This document shows, piece after piece, positions 56,262-64,000 of a stretch of 64,000 nt of DNA. How positions within the stretch are numbered: position 1 is the first letter of the stretch; each line of letters opens with the position of its first letter. The notes below the pieces were generated by a model. The model worked only from the letters and a program-made list of their open reading frames with translations. It did no database searches and was not told the DNA's origin. The position numbers and the translations under genes were made by a program. This DNA comes from Gammaproteobacteria bacterium (lineage in GTDB: Bacteria > Pseudomonadota > Gammaproteobacteria > JAADGQ01), in contig JAKITI010000005.1 in the NCBI GenBank assembly GCA_021648145.1, positions 82,427-146,426 on the forward strand. The letters are read 5' to 3'.

Positions 56262-57140
56262 TTACTCAACCACACGCTGCCCAAACAGCAGCACCCAACC
56301 CTCTTTTTGAACAGGTGGTTTGATATCAAACCAAGCTGAGTAAGCCTTAGCAACGGCATCAGCCTGTTCGCTTAATATTCCTGACAGAGCAATTTGCCCG
56401 CCTATTTTGACTCTTGAAGCTAGTTCAGAGGCCAGTTCAATCAACGGTTGGGCTAGAATATTTGCAACCATGATATCGACAGGCTCGACTTCAGCCTCTT
56501 CTGGTAGTTTGACAACGATACGCGTTTGAACACTATTTTTTTGTGCATTATCCAAGGTAGCTTCAAGTGCCTGTGAGTCGTGGTCAATCGCCACAACCTG
56601 CACTGCACCCAGTTTGGCGGCGGCAATTGCAAGAATTCCAGAGCCACAGCCATAATCCACTACTTGCTGGTCAGCCAAGTCAGTTTGATCCAGAAACGAG
56701 AGGCAAAGCGCTGTCGTCGGGTGCGTGCCCGTTCCAAAAGCAAGGCCAGGATCGAGTAAAATATTCACTGCTTCAGGGTCAGGAGCCACTGTCCAGCTCG
56801 GTATAATCCAGAGACGAGAGCCAAAACGTATAGGATGAAAATCATCCATCCAGGCACGCTCCCAAACTTTGTATTCTAACTCTTCAATCGCAAAATCAGG
56901 CAGTTTTTCTTCACCACGGGTTTCATATAATTGCTTTAAAGCAACATCAACATCACTTTGAGTTTCAAACAGAGCGATCACATAGTTCCCTTTCCACAAC
57001 GCTGTTTCACCCAGTGGCGGCTCATAAAGTGGTTCATCACCGCTGTCTTGCAGTGTGACAGCCAGCGCACCGATGTCTGAAAGCTGTTCAGAGAGTGGCT
57101 CAACAGCCGATTGCTTTACTTCAAATTTCAACTGAAACAT
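56262..57140 (-). CDS. prmA: Ribosomal protein L11 methyltransferase
   Basis: MFQLKFEV...; FGTGTHPTTALCL; VVDYGCGSGILAIAA. Lies downstream of accBC, the usual arrangement. Confidence 0.9.
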   Translation of the reverse strand: MFQLKFEVKQSAVEPLSEQLSDIGALAVTLQDSGDEPLYEPPLGETALWKGNYVIALFETQSDVDVALKQLYETRGEEKLPDFAIEELEYKVWERAWMDDFHPIRFGSRLWIIPSWTVAPDPEAVNILLDPGLAFGTGTHPTTALCLSFLDQTDLADQQVVDYGCGSGILAIAAAKLGAVQVVAIDHDSQALEATLDNAQKNSVQTRIVVKLPEEAEVEPVDIMVANILAQPLIELASELASRVKIGGQIALSGILSEQADAVAKAYSAWFDIKPPVQKEGWVLLFGQRVVE

Positions 57141-57206
57141 AAGAATCTTAAGAGTGTAGAAAGAGTGCATTGACCGAATTTTCATCGGTCAGCAACAAGG
57201 TTTGAG

Positions 57207-58550
57207 CTATTGCAGCCCTAATTTTTTTTCTAAATAGTGAATACTTGTTCCACCAGTCTGAAAAGCAGCATCATTCATAATATCCTGATGCAATGGAACA
57301 TTTGTTTTAATACCTTCGATTGAAATTTCTTTCAACGCCGTACGCATACGTGCCAAAGCTGTTTCACGTGAATCACCATGAGCAATTAATTTACCAATCA
57401 TTGAGTCATAGTGTGGTGGCACGGTATAACCATTATAGATATGAGAATCAACACGAATTCCTGGCCCACCTGGGGCGTGATACTGTGTAATCATCCCTGG
57501 TGATGGCATGAAATTTTTAGGGTCTTCCGCATTAATTCGACACTCAATGGCATGACCATTGAGTTTGATATTTTCTTGCTTGAAGGCCAGTGGATTGCCT
57601 GCCGCAATAAGTAACTGCTCTTTAACCAGGTCAACGCCTGTCACCATCTCTGTAACAGGATGCTCCACTTGCAAACGGGTATTCATTTCAATGAAATAAA
57701 ACTCACCATTTTCATAAAGGAACTCAAAAGTTCCTGCCCCCACGTAACCAATTTGTTTACAAGCCTCTGCACATCGCATACCAATTTTATCGCGCATCGC
57801 TTCAGTAATACCAATTGCAGGAGCCTCTTCAATCACTTTTTGGTGGCGGCGCTGCATTGAGCAGTCACGCTCCCCTAGGTGAATCGCATTACCATGCTTA
57901 TCCGCCAACACTTGAAACTCTATATGGCGGGGGTTGCTGAGAAATTTTTCCATATAGAGTGTGCCATTTCCAAAAGCGTTGATTGCTTCGGTACGTGTCA
58001 CAGTGATCGCGTTACTTAAAGCCGCTTCACTGTGAACCACGCGCATTCCCCGGCCACCACCACCACCAGCCGCTTTAATAATAATGGGGTAACCAATGCC
58101 TTTAGCCAATTCCAGATTCACTTTGGCATCATCCCCCAACGGCCCATCAGAACCTGGCACACAAGGAACACCGGCCTCTTTCATGGTTTTAATCGCAGAA
58201 ATTTTATCCCCCATGATGCGAATCGTTTCCGCGCGAGGGCCAATAAAAGTGAATCCACTCTGTTCAACACGCTCAACAAAATCAGCATTTTCCGAGAGAA
58301 AACCATACCCTGGGTGAATGGCCGTGGCATCAGTGATTTCTGCTGCACTGATAATCGCCGGCACATTCAGATAACTTTCAGCGGATGCCGGTGGCCCAAT
58401 ACAGACCGATTCGTCAGCCAGACGAACATGCTTCAGATCACGATCTGCTGAAGAATGTATCGCAACAGTCCTAATACCAAGTTCACTACAGGCACGTAAT
58501 ATCCTGAGCGCAATTTCACCACGATTAGCGATTACAACTTTATCAAGCAT
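57207..58550 (-). CDS. accC: Acetyl-CoA carboxylase biotin carboxylase subunit
   Basis: [21 protein letters not shown]...[10 protein letters not shown]...[14 protein letters not shown]. Confidence 0.97.
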   Translation of the reverse strand: MLDKVVIANRGEIALRILRACSELGIRTVAIHSSADRDLKHVRLADESVCIGPPASAESYLNVPAIISAAEITDATAIHPGYGFLSENADFVERVEQSGFTFIGPRAETIRIMGDKISAIKTMKEAGVPCVPGSDGPLGDDAKVNLELAKGIGYPIIIKAAGGGGGRGMRVVHSEAALSNAITVTRTEAINAFGNGTLYMEKFLSNPRHIEFQVLADKHGNAIHLGERDCSMQRRHQKVIEEAPAIGITEAMRDKIGMRCAEACKQIGYVGAGTFEFLYENGEFYFIEMNTRLQVEHPVTEMVTGVDLVKEQLLIAAGNPLAFKQENIKLNGHAIECRINAEDPKNFMPSPGMITQYHAPGGPGIRVDSHIYNGYTVPPHYDSMIGKLIAHGDSRETALARMRTALKEISIEGIKTNVPLHQDIMNDAAFQTGGTSIHYLEKKLGLQ

Positions 58551-58597
58551 TTTTTTGCTCACTATATTCTGCTGTTTTAAGGTATCGATATGAATAA

Positions 58598-59029
58598 TCA
58601 AGCGATAATAAACATCGGCTGCCCATACTCAACAGGCTGCCCATCTTCAACCTGAATCGCAGTGATCACACCCGATTTATCGACCTCAATCTGATTCAAA
58701 ATTTTCATCGCTTCAATAATGCATACGATATCACCCTCTTTCACTTGATCTCCAACCTCAACAAAAACTTTAGCCTCCGGTGACGGTGAGCGATAAAAGG
58801 TACCTATCATAGGTGAGTTCATCGTATGCCCAGGTGGGCTGTCATCAACAGAAGCCGTACTCTGATCAGCAGCCGAAGGTGCCGCAAGTGCAGGTGCCAC
58901 AATAACCGGAGCTGAAACTTGACTATGACGACTGATACGAACCGACTCTTCGCCTTCGTGAACTTCAATTTCTGCCAGATCAGACTCCTCCAGCAATTCG
59001 ATCAACTTTTTAACTTTACGTATGTCCAT
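58598..59029 (-). CDS. accB: Biotin carboxyl carrier protein
   Basis: Has the biotinylation motif [13 protein letters not shown]. Confidence 0.95.
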   Translation of the reverse strand: MDIRKVKKLIELLEESDLAEIEVHEGEESVRISRHSQVSAPVIVAPALAAPSAADQSTASVDDSPPGHTMNSPMIGTFYRSPSPEAKVFVEVGDQVKEGDIVCIIEAMKILNQIEVDKSGVITAIQVEDGQPVEYGQPMFIIA

Positions 59030-59498
59030 TATTTAACCCGATAATTTTAAAATTTGTTTTTTTATTTAAATAGTCAATGCCCGCTTGCAGAGCCAGCTCA
59101 TAACCTTTGGCACCTAAGCCACAAATCACGCCCACAGCAATATCAGAAAAATAGGAGTGTTTGCGAAAGGCTTCGCGTGCATGAACGTTTGACAAGTGAA
59201 TTTCAATAAATGGAATCTCGACAGCACTCAAAGCATCACGCAATGCAATACTGGTATGTGTAAATGCGGCGGGATTAATAATAATAAACTCAGTGCCATC
59301 ATCGCGCGCTTGTTGCACGCGATCGACCAGTTCATGCTCTGCATTGCTCTGGTAAAAACCCAGTGAGTGACCCGCTTTTTTGGCCTGTTCGTCCAAGCGC
59401 CCATGAATACTGGCCAAAGTATCATGGCCATAATGCTTGGGTTCACGCCCACCTAGTAAATTGAGATTAGGGCCGTTAAGCACCAGAAAGTTTGCCAT
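59016..59498 (-). CDS. aroQ: 3-dehydroquinate dehydratase, type II
   Basis: [24 protein letters not shown]...[16 protein letters not shown]...[14 protein letters not shown]. Confidence 0.95.
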   Translation of the reverse strand: MANFLVLNGPNLNLLGGREPKHYGHDTLASIHGRLDEQAKKAGHSLGFYQSNAEHELVDRVQQARDDGTEFIIINPAAFTHTSIALRDALSAVEIPFIEIHLSNVHAREAFRKHSYFSDIAVGVICGLGAKGYELALQAGIDYLNKKTNFKIIGLNNGHT

Positions 59499-59600
59499 GA
59501 CTCTTCCTGAAAATATTGGTAAAGCTATTCAGAGGATTGTGCCCAACGTGTCTATCATTGTCCAGACTTTTTATGTGATTTTCTGGGAGTTCGCGGCAAC

Positions 59601-61469
59601 TTAACCTTGACTCTGCCCATTCAAGGCACTGAGTACCCCTGAAAGATGACTTTGAAACTCTTCAAGGTTCATTTCACCTACAATACGGTAACCCCTTAAC
59701 TCATCACCATTACGATCAAAAAACAGAATGCTCGGCGGCCCAATCAGTTCAAACTTATTCAATAACGCTTTATCCAACTCGTCGTTTTCGGTCACATCCG
59801 CTTGCAAAGTCAGCATACCCGACAATATTCGCATCACGGATGGATCAGAAAATACATTACGCTCCATTGTTTTACAGGAGATACACCAATCGGCATAAAA
59901 ATCGAGCATCACGGGCTGCCCTTGTGCTTTTGCAAGCTGCATTTTTCGCTCTAATCCTGCCAAGCCCTTAATTGATGTGAAAGCCAGGTGCTCAGATACG
60001 GCATTCATATTTGTCGAACCACTCGAAAAACTCAATTTTTTGAGTGGTTGCAGTGGATCTTTGCCGCCACTCGCTGCACCAAACATCAGCAACACACCGT
60101 ACAACAACATGACTAAACCACAACCTTTCCATAAGGTTCGCCAACCTGTTTTTTCAGCGGGTAATGGCTCCAGTGCGCCCATATAAATGGCTGAAATAAT
60201 CAATAAAACCGCCCACAACATTAAAGTGGCCGATTCTGGAATAATGCGCTCCAACATCCAGATGGCAACGGCCAGCAACAACACCCCAAAAACAGCTTTG
60301 ACTGCATTCATCCAGCCACCACTTTTCGGCAACCACTTACCGGCTGATGTGCCAATCACCAATAACGGCATCCCCATTCCCAAAGCCATTACAAACAGCG
60401 CCATACCGCCCAGTAAAGCATCACCGCTTTGGCCAATATAAATCAACGCTCCTGCCAAAGGTGCCGCGACACATGGCCCAACAATCAATGCCGATAACAC
60501 GCCCATCACTCCAGCGCCCATCCATGTTCCACCTGACTGTTTATTGCTGTGCGCTGTGAGCTTGCTTTGTAAACTTGCGGGCAGTTGCAGCTCATAAAAG
60601 CCGAACATTGATAGCGCGAGCAATACAAAAACCACACTAAAGGCACTAATAACCCATGGATTTTGAAACATAATCTGGACATTTGCGCCAAACAAACCCG
60701 CGATCACACCGGCAACCGCATACGTGGCTGCCATCGCTAAAACATAAATCAAAGACAATATAAACGCTTTACGTGTGTCTATCTTTTCTCCTTGCCCAAC
60801 GACAAGACTGGAGAGAATCGGGATCATCGGAAATACACACGGTGTGAGCGCCAGCAGTAATCCAAATCCAAAAAAGGTTAATATTGTCCAGAAAAAGCCA
60901 TCATCACCTAATGAGCTTGTAATGCGATCTTGCTCGGAAACAACGGTCGGCGTGATTGATTGGGGGGCACTTTGACTGGGCGTGGAAGCCACGACCCCAC
61001 CCCCTGATGTACTGATCGCAGAAAGTGCCACCGGCATAGATTCTGTTTGGGGTGGATAACAAAAGCCACTATCCGCACAGCCCTGTGATTTTGCTTCGAG
61101 TGTAAATTCAGTGGCTTGATTGTCGCTTCGAAAGATCGTTAAATCAACAACCGCCTGCCCATAATAAACCTCCATTTCACCAAAATATTCATCATATTTG
61201 AGCTCACCTGGCTTAGGAAAAGAGACTTGAGTAATCTCAATTCCCTCAGCCTCTTTGATTTTGAATTTAAACTTATCCTTATAGAGGTAATAACCTTTTG
61301 TAATATCCCACTTGGCGCGTAGTGTATTTTCATCCACCACATCAACAGTAAAAATAAACGCCTCTTCAGGCCTGAGCGGCTCATTATTAAAAACTGCGCC
61401 CACAACATTAGAAAATAACAGCAGTAATAAAACAGAGAAACTCATTAATGGTCGTTTAAAGAAATTCAT
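59601..61469 (-). CDS. dsbD: Thiol:disulfide interchange protein DsbD
   Basis: Consists of an N-terminal periplasmic domain, a central TM domain (LTPCVFPMIP...GPCVAAPL) and a C-terminal thioredoxin domain (YADWCISCK). Confidence 0.9.
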   Translation of the reverse strand: MNFFKRPLMSFSVLLLLLFSNVVGAVFNNEPLRPEEAFIFTVDVVDENTLRAKWDITKGYYLYKDKFKFKIKEAEGIEITQVSFPKPGELKYDEYFGEMEVYYGQAVVDLTIFRSDNQATEFTLEAKSQGCADSGFCYPPQTESMPVALSAISTSGGGVVASTPSQSAPQSITPTVVSEQDRITSSLGDDGFFWTILTFFGFGLLLALTPCVFPMIPILSSLVVGQGEKIDTRKAFILSLIYVLAMAATYAVAGVIAGLFGANVQIMFQNPWVISAFSVVFVLLALSMFGFYELQLPASLQSKLTAHSNKQSGGTWMGAGVMGVLSALIVGPCVAAPLAGALIYIGQSGDALLGGMALFVMALGMGMPLLVIGTSAGKWLPKSGGWMNAVKAVFGVLLLAVAIWMLERIIPESATLMLWAVLLIISAIYMGALEPLPAEKTGWRTLWKGCGLVMLLYGVLLMFGAASGGKDPLQPLKKLSFSSGSTNMNAVSEHLAFTSIKGLAGLERKMQLAKAQGQPVMLDFYADWCISCKTMERNVFSDPSVMRILSGMLTLQADVTENDELDKALLNKFELIGPPSILFFDRNGDELRGYRIVGEMNLEEFQSHLSGVLSALNGQSQG

Positions 61470-61640
61470 ATACGCTCGATTATTTTAAAGTTAGGAACGA
61501 TCACAAAGTACACGCTGTTATTTTATAAGATTTATAAATCATTCATAGTGACAGCAATCACCCTTGTGAGTTCGTTCAGCGCCCATATCATAAACTTTCT
61601 GGTATTCTATTAACATGTGACGACTATCGGGAATAAAATC

Positions 61641-62123
61641 ATGAAAGTACTGTTTTTACTATTTTTAATCATCCCTATCATTGAGATTTATCTGCTGATT
61701 CAGGTCGGCAGTATTATCGGTGCATTTTATACTATTTTATTGATTGTATTAACCGCCATTGTGGGCGCATTTTTATTGCGAATTCAAGGGATTGCGACGT
61801 TTCGACGGGTTCAAGAAAATATCGCCCGAGGAAAAGTCCCCGCTATGGAGTTACTTGAGGGCCTTATGTTGCTTGTGGGTGGCGCACTCTTGCTAACACC
61901 TGGATTTTTCACCGATGCCTTGGGCTTTGTTTGCTTAGTGCCCACATTACGTCGCGGTGTCATTCGTCTGTTTTTATTTCAGAAAATAAGTCGAATGCAA
62001 GGTCAGGGGTTCCAGCAAAGAACAGGGCAACAATCACATGACTCAAATATTATTGAAGGAGAGTTTCATAGCGTGGACGATAAAAAAAGCCCTGCAGATA
62101 AAAACAATAAAATCGAACCATGA
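61641..62123 (+). CDS. fxsA: FxsA family membrane protein
   Basis: MKVLFLLFLIIPIIEIYLLIQVGSIIG...LTAIVGAFLLRIQG...LLLTPGFFTDALGF. Confidence 0.85.
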   Translation: MKVLFLLFLIIPIIEIYLLIQVGSIIGAFYTILLIVLTAIVGAFLLRIQGIATFRRVQENIARGKVPAMELLEGLMLLVGGALLLTPGFFTDALGFVCLVPTLRRGVIRLFLFQKISRMQGQGFQQRTGQQSHDSNIIEGEFHSVDDKKSPADKNNKIEP

Positions 62124-62142
62124 GTATTAACCCCAGCAACAC

Positions 62143-62910
62143 CTAATCTCGTAACGTGTTAAACGAACGTACCGCCCATGCCAATGTGATGCCAGCAAAA
62201 GCAAACATCACCAGCAGCCCCGTCATGTAAACGTTAAAGTCGGGTGTGCCAATCAAAATTGCCCGCACAGCATCAACGGCATAATTAATAGGATTTATCG
62301 TTGCAATATATTGAATCCATGTCGGCATAAAGTTTTCTGGCACCATAGCGCTGGAAAAAAACATCAACGGCAATGTCATCAAGTTACCGATCATCACCAA
62401 AGGCTCTTCGCGCTGTAAAACAATCGCAAAACCGTTTGATAATGCAGCAAAGCCAATACCCAGCAAAAAGACGATCAATAATGCCATAATCACATGCAGG
62501 GGATTAAAGCTCATAGCTGAGCCAAAAAAGAGCCATGCAACGATCAAAATAACAAACACCTGTGCGATCACCTGCACAGCGGAATGAAGAATGCGGCTGA
62601 GAACAATGGCCACACGTGAAACGGGGGAAACCAGCATTTTATCCACTGAACCGGCTGTAATTTCCCGCAGCAAACTCACTCCCGACCATGACGAGCCAAA
62701 CAGCACCGTCATGATCAAAACACCTGGAATAAAAAAGTCGATATAACTGGTTTCCGGTGGAAACCCTGGGACTCGCGCCATATTTTGAAAAAGTTGCCCA
62801 AAAATCACCAACCAGATGAGCGGCTGAATCAGTGTAAACAGCGACCACATGGGCATTCTGATTGTGATTTTCATGTACTTGGCAAATAGATACCACGTAT
62901 CTGCTAACAT
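62143..62910 (-). CDS. ABC-2 type transporter permease
   Basis: 255 aa with six TM segments. Lies downstream of a DrrA-like ATPase gene on the same strand. Confidence 0.8.
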   Translation of the reverse strand: MLADTWYLFAKYMKITIRMPMWSLFTLIQPLIWLVIFGQLFQNMARVPGFPPETSYIDFFIPGVLIMTVLFGSSWSGVSLLREITAGSVDKMLVSPVSRVAIVLSRILHSAVQVIAQVFVILIVAWLFFGSAMSFNPLHVIMALLIVFLLGIGFAALSNGFAIVLQREEPLVMIGNLMTLPLMFFSSAMVPENFMPTWIQYIATINPINYAVDAVRAILIGTPDFNVYMTGLLVMFAFAGITLAWAVRSFNTLRD

Positions 62911-62970
62911 TTATTTAACCTTTTTTAAAATTTTTATATCGAATAAAAGCTCAAAAGTAACGACTTTCAC

Positions 62971-63003
62971 CCTCGTTCCCATGCTCCAGCGTTGGGAACG
63001 AGG
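62971..63003 (-). other. Intercistronic stem-loop between the ABC ATPase and permease genes
   Basis: 11-bp perfect inverted repeat cctcgttccca (62971-62981) / tgggaacgagg (62993-63003) with an 11-nt loop. No U-run follows on the transcribed strand. Confidence 0.5.
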
Positions 63004-63022
63004 TGTCACTCTTCAAAGTATA

Positions 63023-64000
63023 TTACTTTTTCCACTTTTCCTGCTGCTTTTTCCAGTCACCCTCTTCCCACTGGTCATCGCTTTTACCCCCGTTGCCCTT
63101 GTTCCAATCACCTTTCTGTGGCCGCTGCTCTTCTGATGATTCTTTTTGGAGCTCAGGGATTTTTTCAATCTGTGTTAGTTTTTCTGCACCAGAATCAGAG
63201 GCTGTTGAGTCAGCAGTCGCCTCTTCATTACTCTCTTGCCATTGCTTCGCCCACTTACCGCCGCCGCCTTTGCCTGCCCACTGCTTCCACCACTCATCAC
63301 CGCCCTCTTCTTCACCTGACTCAATACTTGAACCTGTATATTTCAAGAAAACATCATCCAGTGTAGGGCATGTCAGCATCATTGTTTTTAAAGTAATGCC
63401 TTCTTTACTTGCGATGGTTGCAAGACGTGGAATACTTTCAGCGCCGTTATCCACATAAACATATAGCTTGTCACTGTCCCACGTTGCTCGACTAACATAA
63501 TCCAGGTCTTTCAGATTCCAGGCAAATGCCTGAACACTCTTATCAACCTGGTCAAACGTCAGTACAACAGAGTCACCATGAATTGCATTTTTCAATGCTT
63601 GCGGTGTATCCAGCGCCTGAATTTTACCCTGACTGATAATGGCGACACGATCTGCCAGACTATCGGCCTCTTCCAGATAATGAGTCGTCAATAAAATAGT
63701 CAGGCCAAACTCTTTATTCAGCTTTTCAATGTATTGCCACAACATCTGGCGGCTTTTGATATCCAGCCCCAGTGTGGGTTCATCTAAAAACAGTAATTTG
63801 GGACGATGAATCAGTGCGGTTGCAATATCCAGTTTACGGCGCATTCCGCCTGAGTAGGTCGCAACGGTACGATCCAGCGCATCCTTCAGGTCAAAATAGG
63901 TCGTGAGTTCTTCGATACGCTCTAGAATTTCTTTGCGCTTCATCCGGTAGAGCTGGCCTTGCAATATAAGATTTTCCCGCCCCGTCAAAAAGTAGTCGAC
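63023..64000 (-). CDS. ABC transporter ATP-binding protein (DrrA/ABC-2 type) with a ~100-aa Trp/Lys/Glu/Gly-rich C-terminal tail. The N-terminus lies beyond the right edge.
   Basis: Has the signature YSGGMRRKLDIA, Walker B LLFLDEPTLGLD and H-loop LTTHYLEEA. The frame stays open to position 64000 (...VDYFLTGRENL). The tail begins after ...TLDDVFLKYTGSSIE. Confidence 0.85.
   Translation of the reverse strand, partial: VDYFLTGRENLILQGQLYRMKRKEILERIEELTTYFDLKDALDRTVATYSGGMRRKLDIATALIHRPKLLFLDEPTLGLDIKSRQMLWQYIEKLNKEFGLTILLTTHYLEEADSLADRVAIISQGKIQALDTPQALKNAIHGDSVVLTFDQVDKSVQAFAWNLKDLDYVSRATWDSDKLYVYVDNGAESIPRLATIASKEGITLKTMMLTCPTLDDVFLKYTGSSIESGEEEGGDEWWKQWAGKGGGGKWAKQWQESNEEATADSTASDSGAEKLTQIEKIPELQKESSEEQRPQKGDWNKGNGGKSDDQWEEGDWKKQQEKWKK

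Noticed and set aside
62992-63458. Two plus-strand ORFs (124 and 151 aa), rich in Ser/Pro/Leu/Phe.
   Set aside because: They are mirror frames of the low-complexity tail of the ABC ATPase gene. The minus-strand frame is continuous with canonical ABC motifs.

Overview
The window reads as a chromosomal segment of an AT-rich gammaproteobacterium, roughly 35-45% G+C by eye. The assignment rests on gene content and synteny: tamAB, pyrR-pyrB-pyrC', xseB-ispA-dxs, pilCD-coaE, and aroQ-accBC-prmA. About 65 protein-coding genes are supportable, most of them housekeeping. I found no rRNA, tRNA, CRISPR array, transposase or integrase by eye.

Three regions are not ordinary.

(1) ~13.03-19.64 kb is a sharply bounded GC-rich block. 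Hand-counted 60-nt lines give 65% G+C inside versus 35% in the flanks. It carries nine translationally coupled genes of an Mrp/Mbh-type multisubunit cation:proton antiporter, in the order E-F-G-(DUF4040)-B-C-D-D-D'. The block sits between hemB and thiE with no mobility genes, so it looks like a recent, un-ameliorated horizontal acquisition. The third antiporter-like subunit is degenerate.

(2) ~26.65-31.57 kb lies between gluQ and cmoB. It is a 4.9-kb insertion bounded by a 53-bp direct repeat of the gluQ/cmoB junction. Inside it is a decayed brnT/brnA toxin-antitoxin locus. Its brnA gene is split into a 5' copy and a 3' copy that share ~170 bp. These two copies exactly bracket a divergent two-gene cassette:
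- a frameshifted Calx-beta/beta-helix-like lipoprotein
- a secreted GH16 glycoside hydrolase with a ~185-aa module nested inside the catalytic fold and three C-terminal ~110-aa tandem repeats

(3) 6.95-8.42 kb is a two-gene unit. One gene encodes a flavodiiron-type (ODP-like) metallo-beta-lactamase-fold protein. The other encodes a 215-aa soluble protein with two degenerate copies of the MCP hairpin-tip signature.

Smaller oddities:
- a HicAB module
- a WGR protein next to an ExeA-like AAA/SPOR protein
- an inactive PyrC' followed by a motif-degenerate PyrK-like protein
- an orphan 496-aa secreted protein
- a REC-PAS regulator with no output domain
- pilV/pilW without the rest of the minor-pilin set
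- an ABC ATPase with a ~100-aa Trp/Lys/Glu/Gly-rich tail

All calls come from reading the ORF track and the sequence. No searches were run. Many starts were moved from the ORF-track maximum to internal ATG/GTG codons on the basis of homologue N-termini or start/stop overlaps.
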